A stretch of DNA of 64,000 nucleotides from Hadesarchaea archaeon (GTDB lineage Archaea; Hadarchaeota; Hadarchaeia; Hadarchaeales; WYZ-LMO6), in NCBI GenBank assembly GCA_029259185.1, contig JAPDJF010000003.1, positions 1 through 64,000 on the forward strand. The letters are read 5' to 3'. Both the position numbers and the translations under genes were made by a program. Positions 1 through 9,488 of this stretch are shown one piece after another (position 1 is the first letter of the stretch; each line of letters starts with the position of its first letter). The notes beneath the pieces were generated by a model. That model was not told the DNA's origin, searched no databases, and saw nothing but the letters and a program-made list of their open reading frames with translations.

Positions 1-345
1 ATATGGTCCATCCCTTCCTAGAGGTAGCCCGTATCCAAATGTCACCGATAGTCGGAGATAGAGTGCTCCGCGAATATCGCGATCAAAATGAGAAACTTAA
101 AAGTTCTCTCCTGTCCGTCTCATGAGTAGAACCTGAGAAGAACATCTAAAGTTAAGTCTACAGGCTTTCAAACCATCTCCATCCTCGGTCTTAAACTTGT
201 ATATACAGCTTTCTGGCAGCGAAGTCAACTGATTTGGTCGGAATTCCGAGTGAGTGATCCGTCACAACTAATCTTGATGCGATTGCTTTGAAGTAACCTC
301 TGGTGCGAGGGGATCCCAATCTGAACCTCTGGTCAAGCTTTTGGA

Positions 346-449
346 TGCCCCGGGCGGGATTTGAACCCGCGTCAGTGGCTCGATTGGCCTAGGCGACTTT
401 TCGTCCACCCATGAGGCCACGATGATTGGCCGGGCTACACCACCGGGGC
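346..449 (-). tRNA. tRNA-Glu(CTC) with 29-nt intron (384-412) at position 34/35
   Basis: Reverse complement GCCCCGGTGGTGTAGCCCGGCCAATCATCGTGGCCTC[intron]TCGAGCCACTGACGCGGGTTCAAATCCCGCCCGGGGCA; GGCC/GGCC central helix with TCA and AAT bulges gives loop CT-CTC-GA. Confidence 0.88.
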
Positions 450-602
450 ACCAAGCTACCTAGTTTTTCCGGCCTTTTTCTTTTTCTCTGCACTTCTTCC
501 AGGGCCGCGTGGTGAAGAGCAGATTCCATTCTCTGACTTCTCAGGACTTACAACCCAATCCAGGATCGCGCCCGAGTCGATGAAAAACGTGCTTGCAGGC
601 AA

Positions 603-1655
603 TTAGGTTCTGTCAAACATCGCAGCGATATCTTTCGTTCCTCCGGCTAGTGTTTCTGGATCAGATATCTCCATTTGGGTTTTTTCGTTCCAGCGAATGA
701 TGGGGCGGATCTTTCCAACGCTTTCTATCCGTATGAACGATGACTTATACCAAACCACGTTTGGGCGAGGATCCACCTCGAATCGAAAATTTTTGCACAA
801 ATCTTCTTCGTATGGATAGCCTATCCCGTAATCCTTGGTGGGGTACCAGGAGTGCCCTCCCAAGATATCAGTTATCGTGAAGTTCATGTCGAGCAGGAAC
901 CTCTCCACCTGATACATTTTTTTAAAAGATGCCTCGAGGGTTGAGAGGCCAAAGTATCCACTTCCTCCGGATAGTTTGAGGCAGCTAGCACCTCTAGACA
1001 AAAAAGCTCTAAATCCGGAAAGGGTATCCAAGGGGTCTGTGAGGAAAACGTCGTATTTCCCAACGAGCCTTTGGGGCAGGGGCTCAACCACATCGTAATG
1101 TACGAACTCCACATCCAACTTTTTCCGTCGTGATAGGCGATCTAAAAAATCTCCAAGCCTCTCATCGATGTCGAGTACGGTTACCTTCTTGGGCAGACCG
1201 GTCAAAATGAGTGCCACGCTTACCAGATCATCATCTCCCACGAGCACGATTTTCTTCTCTTCCACATCTCCATAAGAACACATGAACGCTACTCTAGCGA
1301 TGACATCGGCGCTTCGCATGTAACCTTGGGAGAAACGGGTATCGGGTTTGGGTCTACCCCTCACTAGATTCTCAAATCTCTTTGAGAACTCCTTCAGTCG
1401 CGAGGGGAGAACGACCTTTCCCTCACACCTCCTACATCTCTCGATTTCGAAAGGGTGTTCGATGGAAGTCCTTTTGATCTCATGTTTGGGGTACAAGTAC
1501 TTACCATCGGATGTGATCAAACCTTTTTCGAAGAGTTCATTCACGAGTTTTATGAACTCGGGAAGCGATCGATGCCATCGAGCCAGCAGTTCCCATATCG
1601 TGCACTTTCGCTTGTTGAGTTCAGCGAGTATTAGATTTCTCCTTAAGCCGTTCAT
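603..1655 (-). CDS. bpsA: Branched-chain polyamine synthase (N4-bis(aminopropyl)spermidine synthase)
   Basis: C-x2-C-x-G motif, RP..DT.F.QG, VGDDDLVS, VLDIDERL, D.F.TDP motifs; downstream of AdoMetDC. Confidence 0.9.
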   Translation of the reverse strand: MNGLRRNLILAELNKRKCTIWELLARWHRSLPEFIKLVNELFEKGLITSDGKYLYPKHEIKRTSIEHPFEIERCRRCEGKVVLPSRLKEFSKRFENLVRGRPKPDTRFSQGYMRSADVIARVAFMCSYGDVEEKKIVLVGDDDLVSVALILTGLPKKVTVLDIDERLGDFLDRLSRRKKLDVEFVHYDVVEPLPQRLVGKYDVFLTDPLDTLSGFRAFLSRGASCLKLSGGSGYFGLSTLEASFKKMYQVERFLLDMNFTITDILGGHSWYPTKDYGIGYPYEEDLCKNFRFEVDPRPNVVWYKSSFIRIESVGKIRPIIRWNEKTQMEISDPETLAGGTKDIAAMFDRT

Positions 1656-1989
1656 AGAGTCTTCGCTCCAATATCTTCACCTGCGTTTCTTTCGGCCGGA
1701 ACGCTTCTTTGAGTAGCTCGAACGCTTGTAATGCTTTCTCGTCGGAATCGCAGGAGAATATGTCGAGTGCAAGGTAGGAAACTTCTGGCCAAGTGTGCAC
1801 ACTCAGGTGAGATTCGCGCAGGAGGTAGACGCACGAGACTCCAAATGGCTCAAACTGGTGAAAAGATGATGAAAAAGCCTTCAACCCACTCTTCTTGACA
1901 GCATAGTCCGTTATTCTCTTCACATCATCCTTTTTGGAGATTATTTTTGGGTCTACTCCCAGAAATTCGGCAATGATGTGGAGTCCCAA
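1621..1989 (-). CDS. speD: S-adenosylmethionine decarboxylase proenzyme
   Basis: G.H.IAE, F.P.GVS, ESH.S.HTWPE, DIFSC motifs. Confidence 0.95.
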   Translation of the reverse strand: MGLHIIAEFLGVDPKIISKKDDVKRITDYAVKKSGLKAFSSSFHQFEPFGVSCVYLLRESHLSVHTWPEVSYLALDIFSCDSDEKALQAFELLKEAFRPKETQVKILERRLYERLKEKSNTR

Positions 1990-2241
1990 AGCAACACCCC
2001 CTGCATCTCAAATTTGTTGATAACTAACGGTTAAAACTTTTTCCGCATTTCATTTTTTTGTCACGTTTTGATGAGTTTTGAGCGGTTGTGTCCAGAAAAA
2101 TGGAGATATGGGTTGATGGAGTCCTCCTATCTGGAATACTCAGGAGGACATTTTTCTGATGGACTCTCCATAGGGACGAGAGTCGGTTGATGAATTGGTT
2201 CGGTAAAGAGATGAATCCGGTGTCGGGTTCTGGAAAACGGC

Positions 2242-2457
2242 AACGAATGAAACCGCTTTCCTTGGGACCATCACGCTTGGGCTCCTCAAGAGTTCATCGG
2301 GGCCTTCCTCACGCTTCTCTTCGCCAGATCGAACCCACTCACGATGCGCTCGAGCTTTGCGTCGTGGGGAAGTTCCTCCATCCGAAGGTGCGGGTTCACT
2401 GACTCCGCTCCTTTCGGCTTTAAGTCCCCACAGCTGGAGCAATGAAAGGTTTCCGTC
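2242..2457 (-). ncRNA. Candidate ~215-nt structured ncRNA of unknown family
   Basis: TTTATAT box at 2480-2486; 5' GAAACCTTTC pairs with 3' GAAAGCGGTTTC; GTGGGGA/TCCCCAC, GCTCC/GGAGC and CGAGC/GTTCG helices; GAAA, GTGA and TTCG loops. Confidence 0.55.
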
Positions 2458-2555
2458 ATCGTCGTCATATCGTGTATGCATATAAATTACCGATTATGGG
2501 AGCTGTTAGGAAAGGCGAATTTGGAGCAGATGAACCAAACCAGAGGAAATACGGA

Positions 2556-2661
2556 CGGGCCCGGCGGGATTCGAACCCGCGATTTGCAGCTTTCCTCGCC
2601 AAGCTAGAAGGCATACGGGTCCCAGGGACTTGCCGCCTTATCCTGGCTTGGCCACGGGCCC
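2556..2661 (-). tRNA. tRNA-Arg(TCT) with two introns: 29/30 (2613-2630) and 37/38 (2592-2604)
   Basis: Removing both BHB introns gives stem GCAGC/GCTGC and loop CT-TCT-AA; GGTTCGAATCC T-loop; mature length 75 nt. Confidence 0.88.
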
Positions 2662-2715
2662 ATCAAAGAATTCGGCTGGAACGATTAAGAGTTTTTTGAA
2701 AATTTCCCCAAGTGA

Positions 2716-3927
2716 TCAAATCCACACGTTTCCTAGAATGTCTGCGAACCTCTTCCCTTCACGGAGCATCTCTTTGAGAAATCCCCTCGGCTCATACCAA
2801 TCCATTCCGTGCTCTTTTTTCAGATCCTCTAACTTTTCGACTATGGTGTTCAAACCCACCTCATCGACCCGCGTGAAAAAACCTCCTGGTATGAACGAGA
2901 GTTGAAGAATCCTCTCTATTTGGGCAGCGTCAGCCACGTCGTCTTCGATGAGTTTCGCGGCCTCGTTCACCATGGGGGCCAATATCCGTAGCGGGTCGAA
3001 GGTTTTCCAGTCCTCCCTCCTTATCTCGGGTGGGCCTCTCGAGTAGTCGTAGAATCCCCTGCCACTCTTTTGACCCAGGTTTCCTTGCTCCACCATCATC
3101 CTGAGCGGTTCAGGTGCTTGATATTCTTCCCCCAATACCCCTCTGAGGTAGTCGAGGATGTAGACTCCGACATCCAGGCCTATCACGTCTAGTAACAAGA
3201 ATATTCCTAATGGAAAACCTAATCCATAAACGGCAGCAGCATCTATCTCCCTCACATCAGCTTCTCCCAGTGAATATCCGGCTTCGATCCCGGCCCGGAT
3301 GATGAACCTGTTCGCAACGAAGGCGGGAGTGTCCTTCACCACTTCCGGATGCTTTCCTATCCGTTTCATGAGTGCTAGAACCAGTTCGATTGTTTCCTCA
3401 TCAGCATACTTTGTTTTCACGACCTCTACGAGCGGCAACATTATCGAGAGATGGGGTCCCATGAACCCCTCAATCCGTTGGGGAGCGTGAACAAAATGGG
3501 TTCCGACTACTCTGCCGGGTCTTCTGGTGCTCCGGGCTAGCTCCGAGACACTCACCGATGAGGTGTTTGTGGCCAGCAGGACATCCGGAGGTAGTAGTTC
3601 ATCCAGTTTCCCAAAGATCTTCTTCTTGAGCTCGATCCTCTCCGTTACGGCCTCGAGGGCAAAGTCAACATCTCTCGTCGCATCTTCAAGACTCAGGAAA
3701 GGATGGATCCGCTGGAGGATGGATCCGATTTCGCCCTTCCCAACGCTTCCACCCTCTGATAGGAGTTCTAAACTCTTCTCTATTCTCCACAAGGCGTTTT
3801 TCAAGATTTCTTCGCTGAGGTCTACCAAGTTCACTTCGTATCCAGCCATCGCAATAATCTCGGCAATGCCGTGGCCCATTGATCCAGCACCGATCACCGT
3901 GATTTTCTCGATGTCTTTCAGCTCCAC
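2716..3927 (-). CDS. 3-hydroxyacyl-CoA dehydrogenase
   Basis: GAGSMGHGIA Rossmann motif, EAVTE...LKK, ATNTSS, duplicated C-terminal domain, LG.KSG.GFY. Confidence 0.92.
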   Translation of the reverse strand: MELKDIEKITVIGAGSMGHGIAEIIAMAGYEVNLVDLSEEILKNALWRIEKSLELLSEGGSVGKGEIGSILQRIHPFLSLEDATRDVDFALEAVTERIELKKKIFGKLDELLPPDVLLATNTSSVSVSELARSTRRPGRVVGTHFVHAPQRIEGFMGPHLSIMLPLVEVVKTKYADEETIELVLALMKRIGKHPEVVKDTPAFVANRFIIRAGIEAGYSLGEADVREIDAAAVYGLGFPLGIFLLLDVIGLDVGVYILDYLRGVLGEEYQAPEPLRMMVEQGNLGQKSGRGFYDYSRGPPEIRREDWKTFDPLRILAPMVNEAAKLIEDDVADAAQIERILQLSFIPGGFFTRVDEVGLNTIVEKLEDLKKEHGMDWYEPRGFLKEMLREGKRFADILGNVWI

Positions 3928-4683
3928 TCACTCTTCCTCCGGCAGTGTTTTGTCTTCTAGCGTAGGATCGTGTCCGGGATAGATCAGCTTTCTGTCCGTG
4001 GTCGTTCGCACGACTTTCCACACACTATCAAACCATTTCCGCAAATCAGTGTAGATACCGATCGGATAGAATGGGGTGTGAGGAAACGGTGAATTGAGGT
4101 TCATGTAGGTGTAGCACAAATCGGAGGCAAGCACAGCTTTGCCTAGCCTAGTCGATACGACCACTCCCTGCATTCCTTCCGTATGGCCGGGCAAATGGAG
4201 GAGTTTTAGCCCGGTCGAGACCTCCCAGTCTCCTTCCACGGGGACTAGATCCAAGCGTTCGAGCGGGTCGATGAGTCTCCGGTCGTAGAGGGGGCGAGAA
4301 GTGGGGAGGGGATTGAGTGCAGCTTCCCACTCCTCTCGCTGGACGTAGATCCTCGAGTTTTTGAACAGCTTGGCAAATGCCACGTGATCGAAGTGAAGGT
4401 GGGTGAGGATTAGAATGTCTATCTCCTCGGGTGATGTGTTCACTCCTTCTAGTGCATTCCTTAACCCCCTCTCCCCTCCCCCCCTTACCGAGAATTCCAG
4501 TGGATTCTCCTTTGGTGGATCACCCACCCCTGCATCGACCAATATCTTTTCTCTTCCACCCTCGATGTACCAAACGAAGACTGGTGCATCCACGGTTTGA
4601 GTCATGTCATGGAGCATCATCCCAACCCCTATCGGCGCCCTGATTTCAGCTACTTTCAGGGGCTTGATCGTGAATTCGACCAT
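3928..4683 (-). CDS. MBL-fold hydrolase, N-acyl homoserine lactonase-like
   Basis: THLHFDH, PGHT.G, ASD, PGHD motifs. Confidence 0.85.
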   Translation of the reverse strand: MVEFTIKPLKVAEIRAPIGVGMMLHDMTQTVDAPVFVWYIEGGREKILVDAGVGDPPKENPLEFSVRGGGERGLRNALEGVNTSPEEIDILILTHLHFDHVAFAKLFKNSRIYVQREEWEAALNPLPTSRPLYDRRLIDPLERLDLVPVEGDWEVSTGLKLLHLPGHTEGMQGVVVSTRLGKAVLASDLCYTYMNLNSPFPHTPFYPIGIYTDLRKWFDSVWKVVRTTTDRKLIYPGHDPTLEDKTLPEEE

Positions 4684-4804
4684 CTCAAGATTTCTGGTTC
4701 CATTGATAATAAGTGTGGGAGCCCCCGAGTGGATTGTTGGAGTTGTTTTTTTATATGGGGAAAAATATGTGCATATGCTAGGACAAAAAGCTTGGGCTGA
4801 TCCA

Positions 4805-5458
4805 ATGGAGCTAGTGGTGGTCTACGATAATGAGGCGTTGAAAGAGGGACTAAAGCAGGATTGGGGTTTTGCGTGTTTGGTGGGTGGGGATATCCTGTTC
4901 GATACCGGGGCGAAGGGAGAAATTCTTTTGTACAACATGAAGAAGCTCGGGATAGACCCCACGGAAGTAAAATCGGTGGTGGTATCGCATGACCACTGGG
5001 ATCACACGGGTGGATTGCGGGCGTTGCTTCAGGAAAATGAGAGGATCTCGGTTTATGCTCCCTCCAGAGCTTGTCGGTCGCTTCGAGAACATGCTTCACC
5101 GAAGACCGAGTTCGTCCCTTGTTCAGGGCCAACCCGTGTGCGCGGGGGATTCGTGACCACAGGGGTATTCAGCTCTGGAGTTGAGGAGCAGGGATTGGTG
5201 TGCATGGGTGAGAAAAAATCTTTTTTGATAGTGGGATGTTCTCACCCGGGCGTTGATCTGCTCCTGCGTGCTGCCACTCGGATAGTGGGAAGTGTGGAAG
5301 GGGTTATCGGCGGGTTTCATGGTTTCAACGAGTTTGAAATCTTCAAAGGTCTCTCCGTTGTATCCCCATGTCACTGCACCAAGTACAAGAAGGAGATCGA
5401 AGAAAAGTTCCCAAATGAGTTCAAGAGGTGTGGGGCTGGGCTCCAGATAGAATTCTGA
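4805..5458 (+). CDS. MBL-fold metallohydrolase (COG1237-like)
   Basis: WGFACL, FDTG, SHDHWDHTGG, GCSHPG, GGFH, PCHCT; start taken at the ATG of MELVVVYDN. Confidence 0.85.
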   Translation: MELVVVYDNEALKEGLKQDWGFACLVGGDILFDTGAKGEILLYNMKKLGIDPTEVKSVVVSHDHWDHTGGLRALLQENERISVYAPSRACRSLREHASPKTEFVPCSGPTRVRGGFVTTGVFSSGVEEQGLVCMGEKKSFLIVGCSHPGVDLLLRAATRIVGSVEGVIGGFHGFNEFEIFKGLSVVSPCHCTKYKKEIEEKFPNEFKRCGAGLQIEF

Positions 5459-5505
5459 TGTCCAGCTTCATAAATTTAAATTTGACTTGGAAGAATTGGA
5501 ATGAA

Positions 5506-6867
5506 ATGTCACGGCTCTTCGGAACCTTCGGTGTCCGAGGCGTGGTTAACTCAGAGCTCACCCCAGAGTTGGCCTTCAAGCTCGGCTTGGCCCTAGCCAC
5601 CCACTTGGGGGGTGAAGGGAAGGTGGCTGTAGCCCATGATAACCGAACCTCAAGTGAGATGTTCGAGCACGCCGTGGTGGCTGGGCTCACAGGTGGGGGG
5701 TGTGATGTTTTGAAGTTCGGTATAACTCCCACCCCTGTGCTCTCCTTCGGCATCAAGTATTTCGGTTGCGATGCGGGCGTGATGATAACAGCTTCCCATA
5801 ACCCACCTGAATACAACGGGATGAAATTTTGGGAGAGGGATGGAAGCGGGTTCGAGAGGGAAAGGGAACGTCAGATAGAGGAAATCGTGGAAAGGGAAAA
5901 ATGGAGGCGGGTGGGATGGAGGGAAATAGGAAAAGTGTGCGCCGAGGATGCAATCTCTCCGTACGTAAGGGCGATGCTAGAAAAGGTGTCGGAAGTCGAG
6001 AGTAAAAAGAAAGTGGTGGTGGATTGTGGCAACGCTACGGGAGCGCTCGTAGTTCCCAAGTTGCTGAGCGAGCTGGGATACCATGTGATCTCTATGAACA
6101 GTCACCTCGATGGTACTTATCCCTCCCGTAAACTGGAGCCCATTCCAGAGAACTTGGGCGAACTCTCGAAAGCAGTGGTAGCGTGTGGTGCGGATCTTGG
6201 AATAGCCCTAGACGGGGATGCCGACAGATCAGTGGTGGTTGATGAAGGGGGAAAGGTTTTGATGGGGGACAGGGTGTTCGCCCTCGTGGCCAAGCACTAC
6301 CTCAGGGGAAGGAAGAGACCGAGGATAATCACCCCCGTAGCTACGAGTTCAGTGATCGAGGATGTGGCGGCGGAGCTCGGGGGGGAGGTCATACGCACGA
6401 GGGTGGGCGAACCAGAAATCGTTGGTGAATTCAAGCGGAATGGGGGGGATATAGGGGGAGAGGAGAACGGGGGCGTGTTGTTCTTCGATTGGTCCCTCTG
6501 CCGGGAGGGAATCTTGACATCCCTCAAGTTCGTTGAGGCACTTGAGAAGAGCGGGCTCAAGACTTCTGAGTTCAACAGGACTTTGCCCCTTTACCACCAG
6601 GTGAAGGAGAGGATCGAATGTCCGAATGAGCTGAAATCTAGGGTCTTAGACTCTCTAGCCAAAAAATTCTCTTCCTACGAGGTCGATCGAACCGATGGCT
6701 TGCTCGTGAAGTTTGAGGATGGCTGGCTCCTTTTGAGGCCCTCGGGAACAGAGCCGATCTTCAGGTGCTTCGCTGAAGCGAGAGATGAGGGGCGTGTCGG
6801 TGAACTCGTTGAACTCGGGATGCGTGAACTGAAGGAGGTCATCAAGGAGCTTAAGAGTCTCGAATGA
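5506..6867 (+). CDS. glmM: Phosphoglucosamine mutase / phosphomannomutase
   Basis: LFGTFGVRG, ITASHNP, DGDADR, GGEENGG, RPSGTEP. Confidence 0.9.
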   Translation: MSRLFGTFGVRGVVNSELTPELAFKLGLALATHLGGEGKVAVAHDNRTSSEMFEHAVVAGLTGGGCDVLKFGITPTPVLSFGIKYFGCDAGVMITASHNPPEYNGMKFWERDGSGFERERERQIEEIVEREKWRRVGWREIGKVCAEDAISPYVRAMLEKVSEVESKKKVVVDCGNATGALVVPKLLSELGYHVISMNSHLDGTYPSRKLEPIPENLGELSKAVVACGADLGIALDGDADRSVVVDEGGKVLMGDRVFALVAKHYLRGRKRPRIITPVATSSVIEDVAAELGGEVIRTRVGEPEIVGEFKRNGGDIGGEENGGVLFFDWSLCREGILTSLKFVEALEKSGLKTSEFNRTLPLYHQVKERIECPNELKSRVLDSLAKKFSSYEVDRTDGLLVKFEDGWLLLRPSGTEPIFRCFAEARDEGRVGELVELGMRELKEVIKELKSLE

Positions 6868-7942
6868 GGTTTGTGGCTTTCACTACCCTGCGGAGACATT
6901 CCATTGCGCTTTCGTGAGTTGGGAATCCCCTCAGACCGCACTCGGGGCCCGCATGGGTTACTCTTTCCTCCCCGAGGAAGTCGATCACCCTCTTCAATCT
7001 TTTCGACATCGTGGCTAGATCCTCCACGAAGTCTTCGGGTTTGATCTCACCTCTTTTTATCTTAACCCATATCTCACCCGCGACCTCCTCAAAAGATTTT
7101 CCCTCGGACCGTTTCCTCTCCCCGATCAGCTCATCGAAATTCGTCTTGGCTATACTGGCCCTCACAGTTTTTCCAGTTTTCTCCAGCATCTTCCTTGTTC
7201 TTTCTGAGGAGTAAAGGGGATCGTCCACGTGGGATTCGATAACCTGAACGTTCTCCAAGTTCCAGAAGAGTTCATCCGTGGTCTTGTGGAGGTGGAGTAC
7301 CGTGATCGCTCCCTTCTTTTTGGCTTCATTGAATATCTCGTCCCACGTTTTCAGGAGGATCTCTCTCCCCCTTCTTCCGTAGTCCAGCCTGGGATCATCC
7401 TCTCCGAAGATCGGCTCGTCTAGAGCCACGATTTCGGTTCTCAGCTTCGGCGTTTTGCACACGTTCTCAGAAACCATCTGTGCAACAGGTTTCCCTAGCA
7501 TCTCGAAGATATGTTCATCCCATCCTGGAAAGAAAGAGGCAAGCGTGTAGGGCCCGGTTATACAAACCTTCAGCTGTAGTTTATCGATGTCTTCGAACTC
7601 TTCCAAAATTACCCCTGCATTTTCTTTTATCACCCTGACCTCTGGGAGGATCCGCATATCGGATTTTGTGGATGGTTCGGCTTCCAACGTGTAGGCTTCC
7701 CCCATTTTCCGGATACCATCCATCGATTCCAAGAATGTTTCTATCATCCCCCTGAATTGGGGATAGTTCGGCACTTCAAGTCCACACTTCATCTTGGCGA
7801 TGAAACTTTCTACAATTTTTCTCTCAAAGTACTCGGAATCCTCGTCGCTCTCCCCCTTGAGATACTTCCGGAGTCCCTCTTGAAACTTGTGCTCGTTTTC
7901 GGGTGGGGGTAGACTTCCCACATCGTAGGTGCTGATCCTCAT
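6851..7942 (-). CDS. Cobalamin-independent methionine synthase catalytic-domain family protein
   Basis: DVGSLP, KVCITGPYTL, LDEP, LHLH, GPECGL. Confidence 0.75.
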   Translation of the reverse strand: MRISTYDVGSLPPPENEHKFQEGLRKYLKGESDEDSEYFERKIVESFIAKMKCGLEVPNYPQFRGMIETFLESMDGIRKMGEAYTLEAEPSTKSDMRILPEVRVIKENAGVILEEFEDIDKLQLKVCITGPYTLASFFPGWDEHIFEMLGKPVAQMVSENVCKTPKLRTEIVALDEPIFGEDDPRLDYGRRGREILLKTWDEIFNEAKKKGAITVLHLHKTTDELFWNLENVQVIESHVDDPLYSSERTRKMLEKTGKTVRASIAKTNFDELIGERKRSEGKSFEEVAGEIWVKIKRGEIKPEDFVEDLATMSKRLKRVIDFLGEERVTHAGPECGLRGFPTHESAMECLRRVVKATNLIRDS

Positions 7943-7950
7943 CCCACCGC

Positions 7951-8973
7951 TCACGCTTTGAATGCCCCCCTTATCTCGATTTTGTTCCCGCAGTTCGGAC
8001 AAATCCCACCCTTCACCCGGTACCTGAGGATTTCAAACCCCACACGTTCTATTAGTAGCTCCCCACATTCGGGGCAGTATGTGTTCTCCCCATCCGTCGA
8101 CGGAACGTTTCCTAGATAGACGTACTTCAAACCTTCATCCCTCGCGAGTTTGTACGCTCGCTCTAGAGACTCCAAAGGGGTTGGCGGTTTGGCTAGAAGC
8201 TTGTAGTGGGGGAAAAACCTGCTGAAGTGTACAGGTACCTCCGACCCGAGTTTCCCCACAACCCACCTGCAAAAATTTCGGATCTCTTCGGTATCATCGT
8301 TCTCCCCCGGGATTATGAGATAGGTTACTTCTAAGTGTTTTCCCCGCTCTACGAACCACTCACATGTTTGGATGACTGGCTCCATGCTCGGTACGCCCGC
8401 AAACTTCTTATAGAAACCATCTTCAAACGCTTTGACGTCCACATTGGCAGCATCTATGTATGGCTCTATCTCCTGCCAAGCTTCTAGACTCATGTATCCG
8501 TTGGTGACATAAACCGTGTAGAGGTTTTCCCGCTTAGCTAGCTTGGAGACGTCATAACAATACTCCCACCATATCGTGGGTTCGTTGTAGGTGAACGCTA
8601 TTCCCCTGCATCCGTATTGTTTGGTGAGTTCCACAACCTCCTCAGGTGAAACTTCTTCGTGATGGATGTTTTCGGGACCGGTCTGTGAGAGACTCCAGTT
8701 CTGACAGAAGTCACATTTGAAGTTACATCCCACGCTGGAGATCGAGAACACGAGCGATCCTGGCCAGAAATGATACAGAGGTTTTTTCTCTATGGGGTCG
8801 GCGCCCATGGCCGTGATACTTCCATAGATGAGGGTATAGAGTTCCCCCCCTTCGTTCTCGCGTCCTCTGCAAAACCCTCTCTTCCCCTCCGCTATGGTAC
8901 AAAATCTGGGGCAAAGTTGGCATTTGACTTTTTTCCCTTCAATCCTTTTCCAAAACCTAGCTAGTTTCTTCAA
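7951..8973 (-). CDS. amrS: AmmeMemoRadiSam system radical SAM enzyme
   Basis: CQLCPR.C, DPIEKKPLYHF.PG, GCNF.C.FCQNW, FTYNEP, NTYCP.CG; TTG start inferred. Confidence 0.9.
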   Translation of the reverse strand: MKKLARFWKRIEGKKVKCQLCPRFCTIAEGKRGFCRGRENEGGELYTLIYGSITAMGADPIEKKPLYHFWPGSLVFSISSVGCNFKCDFCQNWSLSQTGPENIHHEEVSPEEVVELTKQYGCRGIAFTYNEPTIWWEYCYDVSKLAKRENLYTVYVTNGYMSLEAWQEIEPYIDAANVDVKAFEDGFYKKFAGVPSMEPVIQTCEWFVERGKHLEVTYLIIPGENDDTEEIRNFCRWVVGKLGSEVPVHFSRFFPHYKLLAKPPTPLESLERAYKLARDEGLKYVYLGNVPSTDGENTYCPECGELLIERVGFEILRYRVKGGICPNCGNKIEIRGAFKA

Positions 8974-9079
8974 GATTACCAAGGGAAATTGACTTTCGAA
9001 GGTTTTTAGATTTGGGTAGGCGATGCTGGAGAGGGGCGCAATCTTAAAATCCGTCTGGGAAAAATACTTCGGTGGTTTC

Positions 9080-9433
9080 ATGGACATTGAAGCATTCCTG
9101 AGCGACCCGATGATTTCTTTAGTTTTGATCGTAGGTTCAATAGCTTTTGTGTTGGTCGGGTGGTTCTGGAAAGGCTCGAAGGTTCAGCAAGTGGAGGAGA
9201 GCCCTTGTTTCATCGCGACCGCTGCCTTTGGGTCTCCGTTATCTCGGGAGCTTCAAGCGTTGAGGGACTTCAGGGATCGTATCCTGATCCGGAGGCCGGT
9301 GGGCAGGCTAATAGTCCGAATGTACTACACGGCTAGCCCACCTGTTGCGAGGATGGTGGCCAGAAGCGAGGAGTTACGCCAGCTCGTTCGCTCGCTCGTT
9401 ACTTTTTTCGTGGGAGTGCTGAGAGATTTTTGA
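9080..9433 (+). CDS. Small membrane protein with CFI-box-CTERM domain
   Basis: TM helix followed by CFIATAAFGS...LRDFRD..L....G...YY..SPP.A. Confidence 0.8.
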   Translation: MDIEAFLSDPMISLVLIVGSIAFVLVGWFWKGSKVQQVEESPCFIATAAFGSPLSRELQALRDFRDRILIRRPVGRLIVRMYYTASPPVARMVARSEELRQLVRSLVTFFVGVLRDF

Positions 9434-9488
9434 ATTTGAGGTCTTCCCCCTCTGATAGTTCTCGGATATCCGAGCTTCACTAAACGGA

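Noticed and set aside
2286-2468. 60-aa ORF with CxxC
   Set aside because: Its start lies too close to the TATA box and the region is better explained by extensive base pairing; not fully excluded
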